Source: Octopus sinensis
Taxonomy: Eukaryota
DNA length: 64,000 nucleotides
NCBI RefSeq assembly: GCF_006345805.1
Contig: NC_042999.1
Location: 156,240,001-156,304,000 of the forward strand
Reading direction: 5' to 3'
The translations under genes and the position numbers were made by a program. This document shows, in pieces, positions 38,861 through 51,683 of this stretch. The number at the start of each line of letters is the position of its first letter. Within the stretch, counting starts at the first letter, position 1. A model generated the notes under the pieces. That model worked only from the letters and a program-made list of their open reading frames with translations. It did no database searches and was not told the DNA's origin.

Positions 38861-40666
38861 GATGCAAAAAAACGTGGCACGTAATAAAAAAAAAAACCCA
38901 TCCGAGCGTGGCCGTTCACCAGCCTCGTCTGGCACCTGTGACGGTGGCACATAAAAAGCACCCACTACACTCACGGAGTGGTTGGAGTTAGGAAGGGCAT
39001 CCAGCTGTAGAAACACTGCCAGATCTGACTGGCCTGGTGCAGCCTTCGGGCTTCCCAGACCCCAGTTGAACTGTCCAACCCATACTAGCATGGAAAGTGG
39101 ACGTTAAACGATGATGATGATGATGATATATATATATAATATCATCATCATCATCATCGTTGTCATTTAGCGTCCACTTTCCATGCTAGCATGGGTTGGA
39201 CAGTTCAACTGGGGTCTGGGAAGCCAGAAGGCTGCATCAGGCCCAGTCTGATCTGGCAGAGTTTCTACGGCTGGATGCCCTTCCTAATGCCAACCACTCC
39301 GTGAGTGTAGTGGGTGCTTTTTACGTGCCACTGACACGGGGGCCAGGCGAGGCTGGCAACGGCCACGAACGGATGGTGCTTTTTGCTTGCCACCGGCACG
39401 GAGGCCAGTCGGGGCGGCGCTGGCAACGGCCACGATCAGATGGTTCACTTGCTTGTCACTGGCACTGGGATCACAGCTGCAATTTCCATTGATGTTGATC
39501 GACTTCGATTTTGGTTCTGCTTTCTGATATGATTTGATTTTGATGATTACATATAATATTTGTAAACAAACCTGTAAGTTATCAGGCTTCCAGGTTTGTT
39601 TATAAATATTATATGTAGTAATAGATAATTAAGCTTCTATACATAAAATTTTGACTGAAATTTATGGGTGAGTGTTCTGGCTCAATCGGAAGCACTAGGT
39701 GTCATGTTAGCAGTGATATGTGGGTTTGATTCTAGTTAGAGTTGGCTCGTCAGTTTTACAGCCAATTGTTTAGATAAATATCATTTTAAATCGGAGTATA
39801 TATATCATTCATCATCATCATCATCTTCATTTAATACCAGTTTTTCCATGCTAGCATGGGTTGGATGGTTTGTCCTAGGACTGGCCAGCTAGGAGGCTGC
39901 ACCAGGCTCCAATCTGATCTGGCAAGGTTTCTACAGCTAGATCCCCTTCCTAATGCCAACCACTCTCAGAGTGTAGTGGGTGCTTTTTACGTGCCACTGG
40001 CATGGAAGCTAGTCAGGCAGTACTAGCATCAAGCACACTCGAATGGTGCTTTTTACATGCCACAGGCAACATTGACATTGGTCATGCTTGAATGGTGTCA
40101 CTGGCATGGGAGTCAGTCAGGCAGCACTGGCATCAACCATTCTCGATGGTGCTTTTTACATGTCACTGGCACAGGAGCCAGTTAGGTGGCACTGGCATCA
40201 ACCACACTCGAATGGTGTATTTTACATGCCACCGGCATGAGTGCCAGTCAGGCGGCGCTGTCATCGGCCGCAACTAAGATTTCAACAGGTTTTCTGCTGA
40301 GTCAAGTGAAATTGTAGTCATGGTCAATGTCAGTGCCATGACTATTATTATTATGATATATATATATGTGTGTGTGTGTGTGCCTCTGTGTGTGTGTCTT
40401 TGTGCCCGTTTTTCCAGCCACCATCATTTGACATCCTATGTTGGTGTGTTTATGTCTCTGTACCTTAGCAGTTTGCCAAAAAAGACCAACAGAATAAATA
40501 CCAAGCTTACAAAGAAGTCCTGGAGTCAATTTCTTCAACTAAAAAAAAAAACCCCTCCAAAGTGGTGCTCCAGCATGGGCACAGTCAAATGACTGAAACA
40601 AGCAAGAGAATAAAAAGAGTATATAAATGCATAATTTGAACGATTGAAAGGAAATAAAATACAAAC

Positions 40667-40746
40667 CATATTATAATTTTTTGACAAATTTGTGCCGTCA
40701 TTATGAAACGTTTGGCAAAGTGAAGTTTTTCCAATTGCTGAACTAC
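40667..40746 (-). CDS. IFT27: IFT27 coding exon 2, (G)SSAIGKTSLCQTFHNDGTNLSKNYNM (P-loop)
   Basis: 80 nt, acceptor TTTTACAG, donor GTTTGT. GxxxxGKT P-loop; aligns with human [27 protein letters not shown]. Confidence 0.92.
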
Positions 40747-42365
40747 CTGTAAAATAGAAATGATAATAATTACTTCTGCTGTGGGCACAAGGTCTTGAAA
40801 ATTTTGTGGGGAAGTGGGGCTAGTCGATTACTTCAACCTGGAACAGATTAAATTATATTTTAATTAATTTCAATGAGGAAAATTGATTTGTAAAATGAGT
40901 AAATCATAAGACAAGTTCAGTCATGGAACAAATTAAACTTGTACTGCGACGTATCACTGTATATATATATTATCTGGTGATTTAATACCCAGTGTGAAAG
41001 CAATTGGTAAAATTGATTGAAATGAATCAATAACACTGTACTTTGATTAATATACACACCTGCTGTTTGAATGCCTGACACACGACTCCCCATTTAAGAG
41101 TGAACTGGCAGAGGGTAGGTGCACACAAAGTGAACAGAAAAAGCACTTCGAGGATACACTCAAAGCCTCACTGAAGAGTTTTGAGATCAAACCCTCCTCC
41201 ACTCTTACTGACTGAGCTGCACCAAGAGAGTTGACCTTGGCGGAATTTGAACTCGGAACATAACGGCAGACGAAATACCGCTTAGCATTTTGCCTGGCGT
41301 GCTAACATTTCTGCCAGCTCACCGCCTTCTTACCACACAGCCATGCCTGCGCCTATAAACACAAACATTTGATCACTGTAAAAAAAAATCTGTCTGATGG
41401 TTGAACAAGAAATTGTGGAACTACCATCCTTCATCTAACAACGAGAGTCCATTATGGGAGTCAACTATGAGAGTCTGTTAAATACAGTAGAACCTTGCAG
41501 TATGAGCAGAAAGCGATTGCAGGGGCACAAAGAAAACGCGAACTGTGCATGTCCAGAGCCAACTCCTTGTCATCAGTTTCAACAAACCACCAGCGCCTGA
41601 CCTGTAGCAGAGCCTTCAAAATACACATTGGACTGATTAACCAAAGCCAGACATGGCGTACCCTGCCTTTTTCTCTCATGTGATGTCATTGGTCATCTTC
41701 ATCATCATCATCATTTAACGTCCGCTTTCCATGCTAGCATGGGTTGGACAATTTGACTGAGGTCTGGAGAACCAGACTCTAATCTGATCTGGCAGAGTTT
41801 CTACAGCTGGATGCCCTTTCTAACGCTAACCACTCTGAGAGTGTAGTGGGTGCTTTTACGTGCCACCAGCACGAGGGCCAGTTTGGTGGTACTGGCAACA
41901 GCCACGCTCAAATGGTGCTTTTTATGTGCTACATGCACAGGAGCCAGTCCAGCAGCACTGGCAACGACCTCGCTCGAATGTCAACAACGACAAATGCATT
42001 TGAGGACGGCTGCTTAAAGAAGTGCTGATCTCTAATTGTAGAGAGAACCTGTAGATGGGGTGGACCCAGGAAGATGTGAGAAGTGGTGAGAAAGAATCTT
42101 CAGATACTGGGTCTCACTAAGGAGATGACAAGGGACTGGAACTCGTGGCAATTTGCTGCACTTGAGAAGACATATGTCAAGCTAAGTAAAATCATGGCCA
42201 TCCATGGCTATAAAGGGACATGACCCTACTCCCTCTCCTAGCCGAGAAGTCTTTGTCTTGCAGGTGCTAGTGCCACATAAGATGCACCTGTGCCAGTGGC
42301 ATGTAATGAGCACCCAGTGTGAAACCAATAGATATGATTGACAGAAATTAATCTATAACACTATA

Positions 42366-42881
42366 TAAATAATAAATGCGCCCTTTTAAAGCCTAGCCAG
42401 GCTCATGAGCCCAGTTTCCTGGTTTCAATGGCGTATGTGTTCCCCAGCTGGACGGGACGCCAGTCCATCGCAGCGTTACTCATTTTTGCCAGCTGAGTGG
42501 ACTGGAGCAACGTGAAATGAAATGTTTTGCTCAAGAACACAATGCGTTGCCCAGTCCAGGAATCGAAACCACAATCTTACAATCATGATGCTGATACCCT
42601 AACCACTATGCCACGCATCTCCACTCAAATAAATGCGCCCTTTTAAAGCCTAGCCAGGCTCATGGGCCCTGTTTCCCGGTTTCAATGGCATATGTGTTCC
42701 CCAGCTGGACGGGACGCCAGTCCATCGCAGCGTTACTCATTTTTGCCAGCTGAGTGGACTGGAGCAATGTGAAATGAAGTGTTTTGCTCAAGAACACAAC
42801 ACGTCGCCCGGTACAGGAATTGAAACCACAATCTTATGATCATGATGCTGACACCCTAACCACTAAGCCATGCGCCTCCAC
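42366..42881 (-). mobile_element. Head-to-tail SINE dimer (~255 bp x 2) inside one 13-bp TSD
   Basis: TSD CTATAACACTATA at 42353-42365 and 42882-42894; two near-identical units with tRNA-like heads. Confidence 0.85.
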
Positions 42882-43080
42882 CTATAACACTATACTTTGA
42901 TTAATATACGCACCTACTGTTTGAGTGCCTGACACGCCGATGACATGTAAAGAGCATCCAGCACACTCTGTAAAGTGGTTGGTGTTAGGAAGAGCATCCA
43001 GCTGTAGATATCTTGCCGAAACAGACAACTAGAGCCTGGACAACTTTCCAGCTTGCCAGCTCCTGTGAAACTATCTAACT

Positions 43081-43373
43081 CAGTGGTTCCCAAATTTTTT
43101 CGGGCTGCTGCCCCCTTGACGTCCAGGCTACATTCTTAGTTCCCCCACCCCAAGTAACCATCACAAACGTAGACCTCTTTTTGAAGCAAGTTCAAAGCAA
43201 CTGTATTTCACAAATAAATCTTAACCTAATAAACCCATTATGTTGTTTTTACATGAATCATTACCCCATTATTGCCCCACATTTTACATGAATTGCTACC
43301 CTATTATCGCCCCCTTGGAACTTTCCACTGCCCCCAGGGGGGGGGGCAATACCGCCCACTTTGAGAACCAGTG
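43081..43373. mobile_element. hAT (Buster/Charlie-type) MITE inserted into an RTE tail
   Basis: TIRs CAGTGGTTCCCAA and TTGAGAACCAGTG; 8-bp TSD ATCTAACT/GTCTAACC with central TA. Confidence 0.8.
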
Positions 43374-44364
43374 GTCTAACCCATGCCAACGTGGAAAACG
43401 GACGTTAAATGGTGATGATGATTCTAGTGACAAATGAGTGCGTATTTTTTGAAAATAATGTAATAATAAAAAAATAATAATGAAATTATTGTATACAGTG
43501 CTCAGGTGCACCACAACTTGTCAAAAGTGCGTATAAAGCATATGCAGTAATGTACAAATGTCTGGGAAGCAAACAGTGTATGAGTCAGATACATGCTTGC
43601 GTGTGATGGAGGGGAGAAAATCAGGTGTAGTGTTGGCGAATCTCAGGAAGCATGGAAGTTTTGAAGAATGCAGTGCTCCGACAACTAACACTGATGCCGG
43701 CAGTTTGTTCCATGCTTCAGCAACTCTCAGCGTGAAAAAATGTTTCCGAAAGTTTACCGCAAGTGGAAAAATAGTTGAGAAGCATTGATATAGATAGAAA
43801 AGTAGATAGACACAAACACACAGTTAATCTATTAATACGGACATCTAACGATGAGACGTGTATCTGCTAGAAATAACAGCCAAAATTTGGACCAGAACAC
43901 ACTCTACCCTTGTTGAAAAGGATACATCGGATAATGTATCTTTTAATGAATATTTGTTATTACCCGCGAATATTAACTACTATTCCAGTCCCAACCCGCC
44001 AGTGGCGGTAGATCTACAAGGAAGCTCGTCCTTTTAGAAATAATAGCTATATACCCTTTTAACTACATTCTATCACCATAGAAGTAAAGGACACGTTCGA
44101 TAATGGCATTCTAGAGAGATACTCATACTGCATTTATAAAGATAACGGGATGGTAGCGGCTGGAATGTTTTCGATCTTAGGTATGGTTTATCAGACGTGA
44201 TACAACCTAGGGCTAAACAAAAGTAATGTCAGAACACAAACACACATGCACATACAGGCGTACAAATGCACACATACATACCAGCTCGCACGTTCATGCA
44301 TCACGATGCATGTGCCTGTACTTAGATGTTTTTGACATACACAAAATATAAACAACTAACTTAC

Positions 44365-44401
44365 CAAGAAGAAAGCATTTAGCGTGGAGAACCGTCGTCA
44401 T
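44365..44401 (-). CDS. IFT27: IFT27 (RABL4) coding exon 1, MTTVLHAKCFLL(G)
   Basis: ATG at 44401-44399, 37 nt, followed by a GTAAGT donor. Resembles the vertebrate IFT27 N-terminus (MVKLAAKCILAG). Phase matches exon 2. Confidence 0.85.
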
Positions 44402-44530
44402 GGTTGCTAAGGAATAAAACGGATGTATACAACAGATTCTAATAACGCAGTTAATCAGTTTTAGCATGCATGAAATTTCTTGTTTATATCTGTGAAATAA
44501 CATCGTCTCTTCCGGGATACCCAATATTTA
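44400..44530 (-). promoter_or_regulatory. Probable 5' UTR and core promoter of IFT27
   Basis: Non-repetitive, CpG-retaining segment upstream of the ATG, with an ETS-like CCGGAAG motif on the minus strand near 44510-44516. TSS not directly observable. Confidence 0.35.
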
Positions 44531-45318
44531 TTAAAGAATCAAATAATTAAGATTATTTAAAATATTTTGTATCCACAAATGCTACATTTTCTTTTTATTT
44601 TAAACTACTTGAATTTTATACAGTGTCGATACACACGAGTGAACAATAAATAAATAAATAAATAAATTTACCCAAATTTCTTCAACCACTTGAAGTTTTT
44701 CAAATTTTCAACAGATTATATTTTTTAAAATTAGTTCTCATGTAGGTTTGTATGCTGATGATGAAAATTGTATTCACATTTTCGGGGCTAATGCAATTTC
44801 GCCCCTCTCCTTGAAAAATGTATTTTTTTTTTAAAAAAAACTTTTCGGATTCCTACGTTTTACATATCCAAGATTACAAATATGCAAAACAAAAAAATTA
44901 GTTTCACCTCCACCCCAATTTAAATTTTTGATTTTGTTTACTTTAAAGAGATCGTAGCGAATTGACAAACATATGCAAATCGAAATTAAATACAGATAAA
45001 AGCATTAAAGTGATAAGAATTATCGTTTTACTTGTGTTTGCCTTAAATAATCGTAAATAATAATTTAATGTTAATTGAATATACACCATTTTATGAGAAA
45101 CAAACATTAATGTTTAATAATTAATGTCATAACATTTAATAATGGGCTCAAATTTCACCCCTTCCTCCAACTTTAAATTTTGAACTTTTTCATCCATTTA
45201 TTTATCTATCTATCTATTTATCCTTGTCCATTTATTCATAAATTATATTTGTCAACTAAATGTGGCAGTCCTATAGAAGACGGCGTTACTGTTGTTTTTA
45301 GCCCCAGGAAGACATTCA

Positions 45319-46035
45319 GGATCTTCTCACTTTGACCGGCAGATTTTTAAAATAATTTCTTTGTAACTAAACACTTTTAAACTTCGTATACTGGTAGAAT
45401 GTGTTACATTAAACGTTTTTTCTCTTGGATTTCTTGAGAAAATTCCGCAGAAATTGTATTCACCTCAATAGACGCCATTGATTGGTTGAAATTGCCGAAA
45501 TGCAAGAAATTTAACAAGAAATAGCTTACAAACTACATTGGATCTTTTCATTTTGAAGGCCAGATTTTCCTAGTTAACTAAACAATTTGAAACTTCGTAT
45601 ACTGGTAGAATGTGTCAAAAGAAAACATTATTGTAAACAAAAGTGAAAACAAAATTGTAATTCGTAACTTAAACGTAGTTTAATTTTAAGAATTTTAACC
45701 AATGAAATCGCAGCATTCGAGCTTCGAAGATGTTGGGATTTCATTGGTTAAAATTCTTAAAATTAAACTACGTTTAAGTTATGAATTACAATTTTGTTTT
45801 CAATTTTGTTTACAATAATGTTTTCTTTTGACACATTCTACCAGTATACGAAGTTTCAAATTGTTTAGTTAACTAGGAAAATCTGGCCTTCAAAATGAAA
45901 AGATCCCATAATTTTCTCAAGAAAGCCAAGAGAAAAAAATGTTTTTGTTACACGTTCTACCAGTATACGAAGTTTAAAGGTATTTAGCTACAAAGAAATT
46001 ATTTTAAAAATCTGCTGGTCAAAGTGAAAAGATCC
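45319..46035. mobile_element. Foldback/MITE with ~125-bp TIRs beginning GGATC, containing a same-family palindrome at 45540-45906
   Basis: 45319-45445 is the inverted complement of 45910-46035. The inner 367 bp is a near-perfect palindrome centred on TTCGA-GCT-TCGAA at about 45722. Confidence 0.85.
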
Positions 46036-46137
46036 GACATTCATATCTATCTCTTTATACACATATCTATATACTTATTGAATTTAAAATTTTGAAAACG
46101 TAGTTTTTTGTGTAATCGGAATCTCCATCATCTAAAT

Positions 46138-48501
46138 CGGTGGTCCCCAACCTTTTTCAGCCCAGGGACCATTTTTTACTTGAAAAATTTTCTAGGGACC
46201 ACTTTTACTTTATGCTGTTCTATTTTCATACCAAAATATTTAATGAAGAGACAAAATAGACTATTTACACCTTAAAATGTATTTTAGCAAACAAAAGATA
46301 AAATTTAAAATTCATTTTAGTAAAAAAAGATAAACACAAAATATCAAAATCATTTTTCGTAAAGTCATTCATTTTTAGTCCATTCAGCTAGTGACTAGCT
46401 TGATATTGGTGTTTCTGACACAAGATATCATAATCAATTTTAATGAACTCATTTAGTCTTGGTCTGATAGTTCCTCTGCTGTTGACATCTAATTTATTTC
46501 TTTTTCTACTTAAAATATCTACAACAGATGAAAATGCAGATTCCACCATATATGTGGTAGGGAAAGAAATGATGCTTGCTTCTACTTGTTGAAAAATATT
46601 TGGGTGTGATTCCTTTATCGATATATAGGCAAAGACACCTTCTTTTTCAACTCTTCTTCTCAGTTTCATATTCTCAGCCAACTCAAAATTTTCATCTCTT
46701 GGCTCATAATTTTCTAGGTCTACAAACCAGTGGATAATCCATCTTTTATAAATCTTTGTATCTTCTCTCAAAGTCTACATGAAGACTTCAAGATAGGCAA
46801 TGCATTCTAATGTAGGAACAGTGGTGTTAAAATTTTGAAACGATGCCAATTTTTTTCAAACTGTTTTTTCCAAAATTTTAATTTCCCCATATACCCTTTT
46901 ATCTTCTGAGAACAGGTGACCAAATCTGATTTTCTACCTTGCAGCTCTAAGTTAAGCAGATTCACTGTTTTAAAAATATCACTCAAGTAAAATATTTTTG
47001 ATTTAAGCTCAGAAAGTTTTTCCAAAGTTTTCTTAGCTGCATCAGCTTGCTTCTTGGAGTTGTAATGAGTCATCTGACTCTTGAACATGAGAAAGTTGAT
47101 TAATGGTTCCCACGAATTCACTAGTTTTTCAAGGCTCACACCCTTTGACAATCATCTAACTTCTGTGTGAAGCAATAGGGTTTTAAAATCTTAATCTTCA
47201 CAGAATTGCATAAAAAAACTATTATTCACTGATTTTGATTTGACAAAGTTAACTGCATGTACGGCAGTGTTGAGTGCTTTTTCCATGAGTCCTTCAATTT
47301 TCATAGCAATCAGATGCTGTCTGTGGCTAATGCAACGTATATAAAAAAATGTGAGGAGCAACTGATTTCATTCTAGAAACAAAGCCTTTCACTTTTCCAG
47401 TCATGGCTGCAGCTCCATCTGATGCAATGTTGGTCAAATTAGTCAATGGAATATTTTTATCATTAAAATACTGCATTACTTCATTGAAACTATCTTCTCC
47501 ATTAGTAGTTTCAGACAAACTTTTAATGAATAACATTTCTTCCCTTGTATCATCTTCATGGATGAATCTGACATAGACCAGAAGATTAGCTTGGTTATGA
47601 ATTGTGCTGTCATCAACCTGGATAGAAAAATTTGTTTTGGAGAATTTCCACAATCTTCTCCTCAACAAAATTAGACATTTCATTCTGTCTTCTTGTAACT
47701 GTGTTATTTGAAAGTGGAATTGTACTCAGAGTAGATGTAGCATCTTTTCCCAGAACCTCATTTGCACAAGCTATCATAGTAGGCGTGACAAGTTTCTCAC
47801 CTTAAATCTGAGGTGCTGCAACCTTGGCAATAATTTCAGAGACCATATAACTTGGTTTGAGTGTCTTTGCTTTTTTCAGTATTTATCTTCTTTACAAAGT
47901 CGGGTAGTTTGGTTGGCTGTATTTTCTTTTTATTCTCAAAATATTCACTAGCTTTACCAACAGATGATGGATGCCTTAATTTCTGGTACTGCTTCAACTT
48001 AACTTTCTTCATGAAATGATTTGTCATGATGACATCACATAGGTTTTGAGTTTACAGATACAAAACCAAACATGATAAAATCTTCTTTGTAGTTCCTCTG
48101 TTTTACCATTTTAGCAGATGGTTCAGACATTATTACAACGGATCTTTAAAAAAACAAAAATAATAAATACTTTATTTCTATAAATTAAAAGTATCAAATT
48201 TATTATTAAACAATATTGTGTAGTGATCTATTAAAAATATCAAATTTATTATGAAACTGTTGTGATTGTAAAATTTAAAGTATGTAATTCTTGATTGTAA
48301 TATAATATTGATTATATATTTATACATTATTGAATTTTGTTTTCTTATTATTATTCAGTCTTCATATAAATTATTATTAACTAACAGTGTCTTTATTATT
48401 GGACAATATTGTGTAGATCTGAAATGGTTTCAATTTTTTTTATGGCTACGAATTCTCTGGGGACCACTGTTGGGCCCCAGGGACTACGTTGGGAATCACT
48501 G
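46138..48501 (-). mobile_element. Full-length but decayed hAT (Buster/SPIN-like) transposon, 2364 bp
   Basis: TIRs CGGTGGTCCCCAAC and CGTTGGGAATCACTG; TSD ATCTAAAT/ACCTAAAT. Broken transposase from the ATG at 48130 to 46388 with a BED-like N-terminus, QVDDST, DGAAAM, CISH, HTEVR*LSKG and FPTTYMVESAFS. Confidence 0.92.
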
Positions 48502-49606
48502 ACCTAAATCATAGGGAAACAAATTTCGAAAAAGTTCAAAATTTTAAGGGGGAGGGAGGGTATAGTGTTTTTTTTTTTGTTTTTTTTGTATTTTTTTTTT
48601 TTTGTATATTCGTCATCTCCGACATCTAAAACGTAAGGATCCGAACATTTCTTTTTCGAAAAAATGCATTTTTCACGGAGAGGTGCGAAACTGCCTTAGC
48701 CCACATTTTCTAGAAATTAATAATAATAATAATAATAAAAGTTACAATCCGGTAAAATTATGTGATTTTAACAAATCGTAGCCTCAATTGCAGAATATAT
48801 CGGAAATCGTGACTTGTTTGTCCCCAAGGGAACAGCACACACGAAGCTTTCACGTGCTCTTATGATCTGCTAGAAATAGCGAGCCAAATCTATCTTAAAC
48901 TACGCGTAACGTCTAAAAAAAAATGCAAGAAGTAAAAAGTTTGAAAACCAAGTGATCGAGAGAAATTTAACAAGGTCATCCTGCTGTTCTATACTTGTAC
49001 AACAACGATTTGATTATTAAATTTACAAGCTGCAATATAAAACTGAAAATAGAACGTGCTGGTGTGTATACAAATTGCTGTCAATTAAACGAAGGGAAGA
49101 AACAGGGTAATTCGATATTCCAATTACCTCCCTTGCATCAGAAAAGAAAAAAACTTCTAAACTTTAGTATAAAAGAAATACATTACTCTTTTACTTGTTT
49201 CAGTCATTTGACTGTGGCCATGCTGGAGTACTGCCTTTTTTTTTTCTTAGTCGAGGAAATCTACCCTAGGACTTATTCTTTGTAAGCCTAGTACTTATTC
49301 TATCGGGCGCTTTTACCGAACCGCTAAGTGACGGGGACGTACACACACCAGCATCGGTTGTCAAGCAATGCTAGAGGGACAAACACAGACACACAAACAT
49401 ATACATACACACACACACACATATATACATACATATATACGATGGGCTTCTTTCAGTTTCCGTCTACCAAATCCACTCACAAGGCTTTGGTCGGCCCGAG
49501 GCTATAGTAGAAGACACTTGCCCGAGGTGCCACGCAGTGAAACAACCCGGAACCATGTGGTTCGTAAGCAAGCTATTTACCATACAGCCACTCCTGCGCC
49601 TATATT

Positions 49607-49848
49607 TACATTATTTACATTTGACGGATATTTGTCCTCATATTGTGTGTTGTTAACACAACGTTCCGTTTGATGTACTCTCCATCCGTCATCAGGTGTC
49701 TTGGGGTAATTTCGAACTTGGGTTCTTATTCCAAAGGTTCGGAATTTCCCCATCACTCATGATGAAGGCTGGAGGGTATATCAGCCGAAACGGTGTGGTT
49801 AACAACAAACAAGATGAGGACAAATATCCGTCAAATGTAAATAATGTA
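49607..49848. repeat. Inverted pair of Penelope-type repeat termini, each carrying a degenerate hammerhead motif
   Basis: 49607-49700 is the inverted complement of 49754-49848 (TACATTATTTACATTTGACGGATATTTGTCCTCAT...). Confidence 0.8.
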
Positions 49849-50308
49849 CATAATTCCGTTAAGGTTTCTACTAATTTAATTTGAATGCTTTAAAAACAAC
49901 GATTTTTATAATGTTTTTCCACTCAATAAACGTCAAATTTATGAGGCCTGTCATTATTTTCGTCACCCATCCACAGACACACACACACATACACACACAC
50001 AACGCACAGATTCACATGTGTACGTGTACACAGGCGTATACATAAATGCACGCATGCATGCATATTTGATTTATGCGAATATAAGTCATTACCTGTTAAA
50101 TAAGAAATGTATCAATTCAGTTAAATATATATTTGTGTGTGTGTACTTTTATTTATAGATTTTTTTGCCGATGTAAAAATAGCCGGTTGCTAACCTAGAT
50201 CCAAGTGTCCTTCACTGGAATTTCAACATCAACAAGGTATTTGTGCATGTTAGTATGCGTGCAACAATTTGGAATCAATGCACGCAAATACACACATGGA
50301 TCTGTCTT

Positions 50309-50376
<68 letters not shown>

Positions 50377-50490
50377 CTCTAATTTAATATAATATATATA
50401 TATAATTAAGGGTAGAAATTGATATTAGTCAATTAAAACCAGTGGTCTAGCATATTAAAAAGAATCCGAAGATTAAAATATTTATATATA

Positions 50491-50703
50491 CCAATTGAGG
50501 ACTGAACACGAAAAGTGGACAGTCAACATGCTAGATATAGACGTCAAATCGCCATTCTCCACAAAGAGTGTGTTCTCACATAAAACTCAGCTTTGGTTTT
50601 GTGCTGAGTTTTATGTGAGAACACACTCTTTGTGGAGAATGGCGATTTGACGTCTATATCTAGCATGTTGACTGTCCACTTTTCGTGTTCAGTCCTCAAT
50701 TGG
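50491..50703. repeat. Perfect palindrome with 101-bp arms and an 11-nt loop
   Basis: 50491-50591 is the exact reverse complement of 50603-50703; loop TTTGGTTTTGT. Confidence 0.95.
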
Positions 50704-50704
50704 T

Positions 50705-51683
50705 CATCATCATCATCATCATCATCGTTTAGCGTCCGTTTTCCATGCTAGCATGGGTTGGACGGTTCTACTGGGGTCTGTGAAGCCAGAAGGCTTCATC
50801 AGGCCCAGTCAAATCTGGCAGTGTTTCTACGGCTGGATGCCCTTCCTAACGCCAACCACTCCGTGAGTGTAGTGGGTGCTTTTTACGTGCCACCCGCACA
50901 GGTGCCAGACAGAGCTGGCAAACGGCCATGAACGGATGGTGCTTTTTATGTGCCACCGGCACGAGGGCCAGGCGAGGCTGGCAACGGACACGAACGGATG
51001 GTGCTTTTTACGTGCCATCGGCACGAGGCCAGTTGGGGCGGTGCTGGCAACGGTCGTGAAACGGAAGGTTCTCTTACATGCCACCGGCACTGGTAACACA
51101 TCTGCAATTTCCATTGATCGATTTCCATTGATTGATTTCGATTCTGATCCTCACTTGCCTCAGCGGGTCTTCACAAGTAGAGTTTCGACATGCCACCGGC
51201 ACTGGTAACACATCTGCAATTTCCATTGATCGATTTCGATTCTGATCCTCACTTGCCTCAACAGGTCTTCACAAGTAGAGTTTTGTGTCCCAAGAAGGGA
51301 AGGTATGCATACGTAGGCTGGCTCCATCCCATGTAGAAGGCCACGGGTTATGGACTCACTTGTCGTGCCGGGTCTTCTCGCGCACAGCACACTTCCAGAG
51401 GTCTCGGTCTCTAGTCATTTCCTCAGTGAGACCTAAAGTTCGAAGGTCGTGCTTCACCACCTCGTCCCAGGTTTTCCTGGGTCTGCCTCTTCCGCAGGTT
51501 CCCTCAACAGCTAGGGTGTGGCACTTTTTCACACAACTATCTTCATCCATTCTCGCCACATGACCATACCAGTGCAAACGTCTCTCTTGCACACCACAAC
51601 TGATGCTTCTTAGGTCCAGCTTTTCTCTCAAGGTACTTACACTCTGCCGAGTATAAGTACTGACATTACACATCCATCGGAGC
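50705..51683 (-). mobile_element. Young 5'-truncated RTE LINE copy with a 6-bp TSD
   Basis: ORF 51356-51685 near-identical to the end of 8355-9251. Complete 3' UTR with two 98-bp units and a (GAT)n tail. TSD ATTGGT at 50699-50704 and 51684-51689. Confidence 0.93.

Larger units (their letters stand above)
44784..48701. mobile_element. Non-autonomous long-TIR DNA transposon (MULE- or Merlin-like) hosting nested insertions
   Basis: ~110-bp imperfect TIRs (GGGGCTAATGCAATTTCGCCCCTCTCC... versus ...GGAGAGGTGCGAAACTGCCTTAGCC). 9-bp TSD CACATTTTC at 44775-44783 and 48702-48710. Confidence 0.8.

Noticed and set aside
46388-48130. Active or domesticated hAT transposase (ZBED-like gene)
   Set aside because: Multiple frameshifts and stops, including the conserved RW changed to R*; intact TIRs and TSD show it is a dead transposon.
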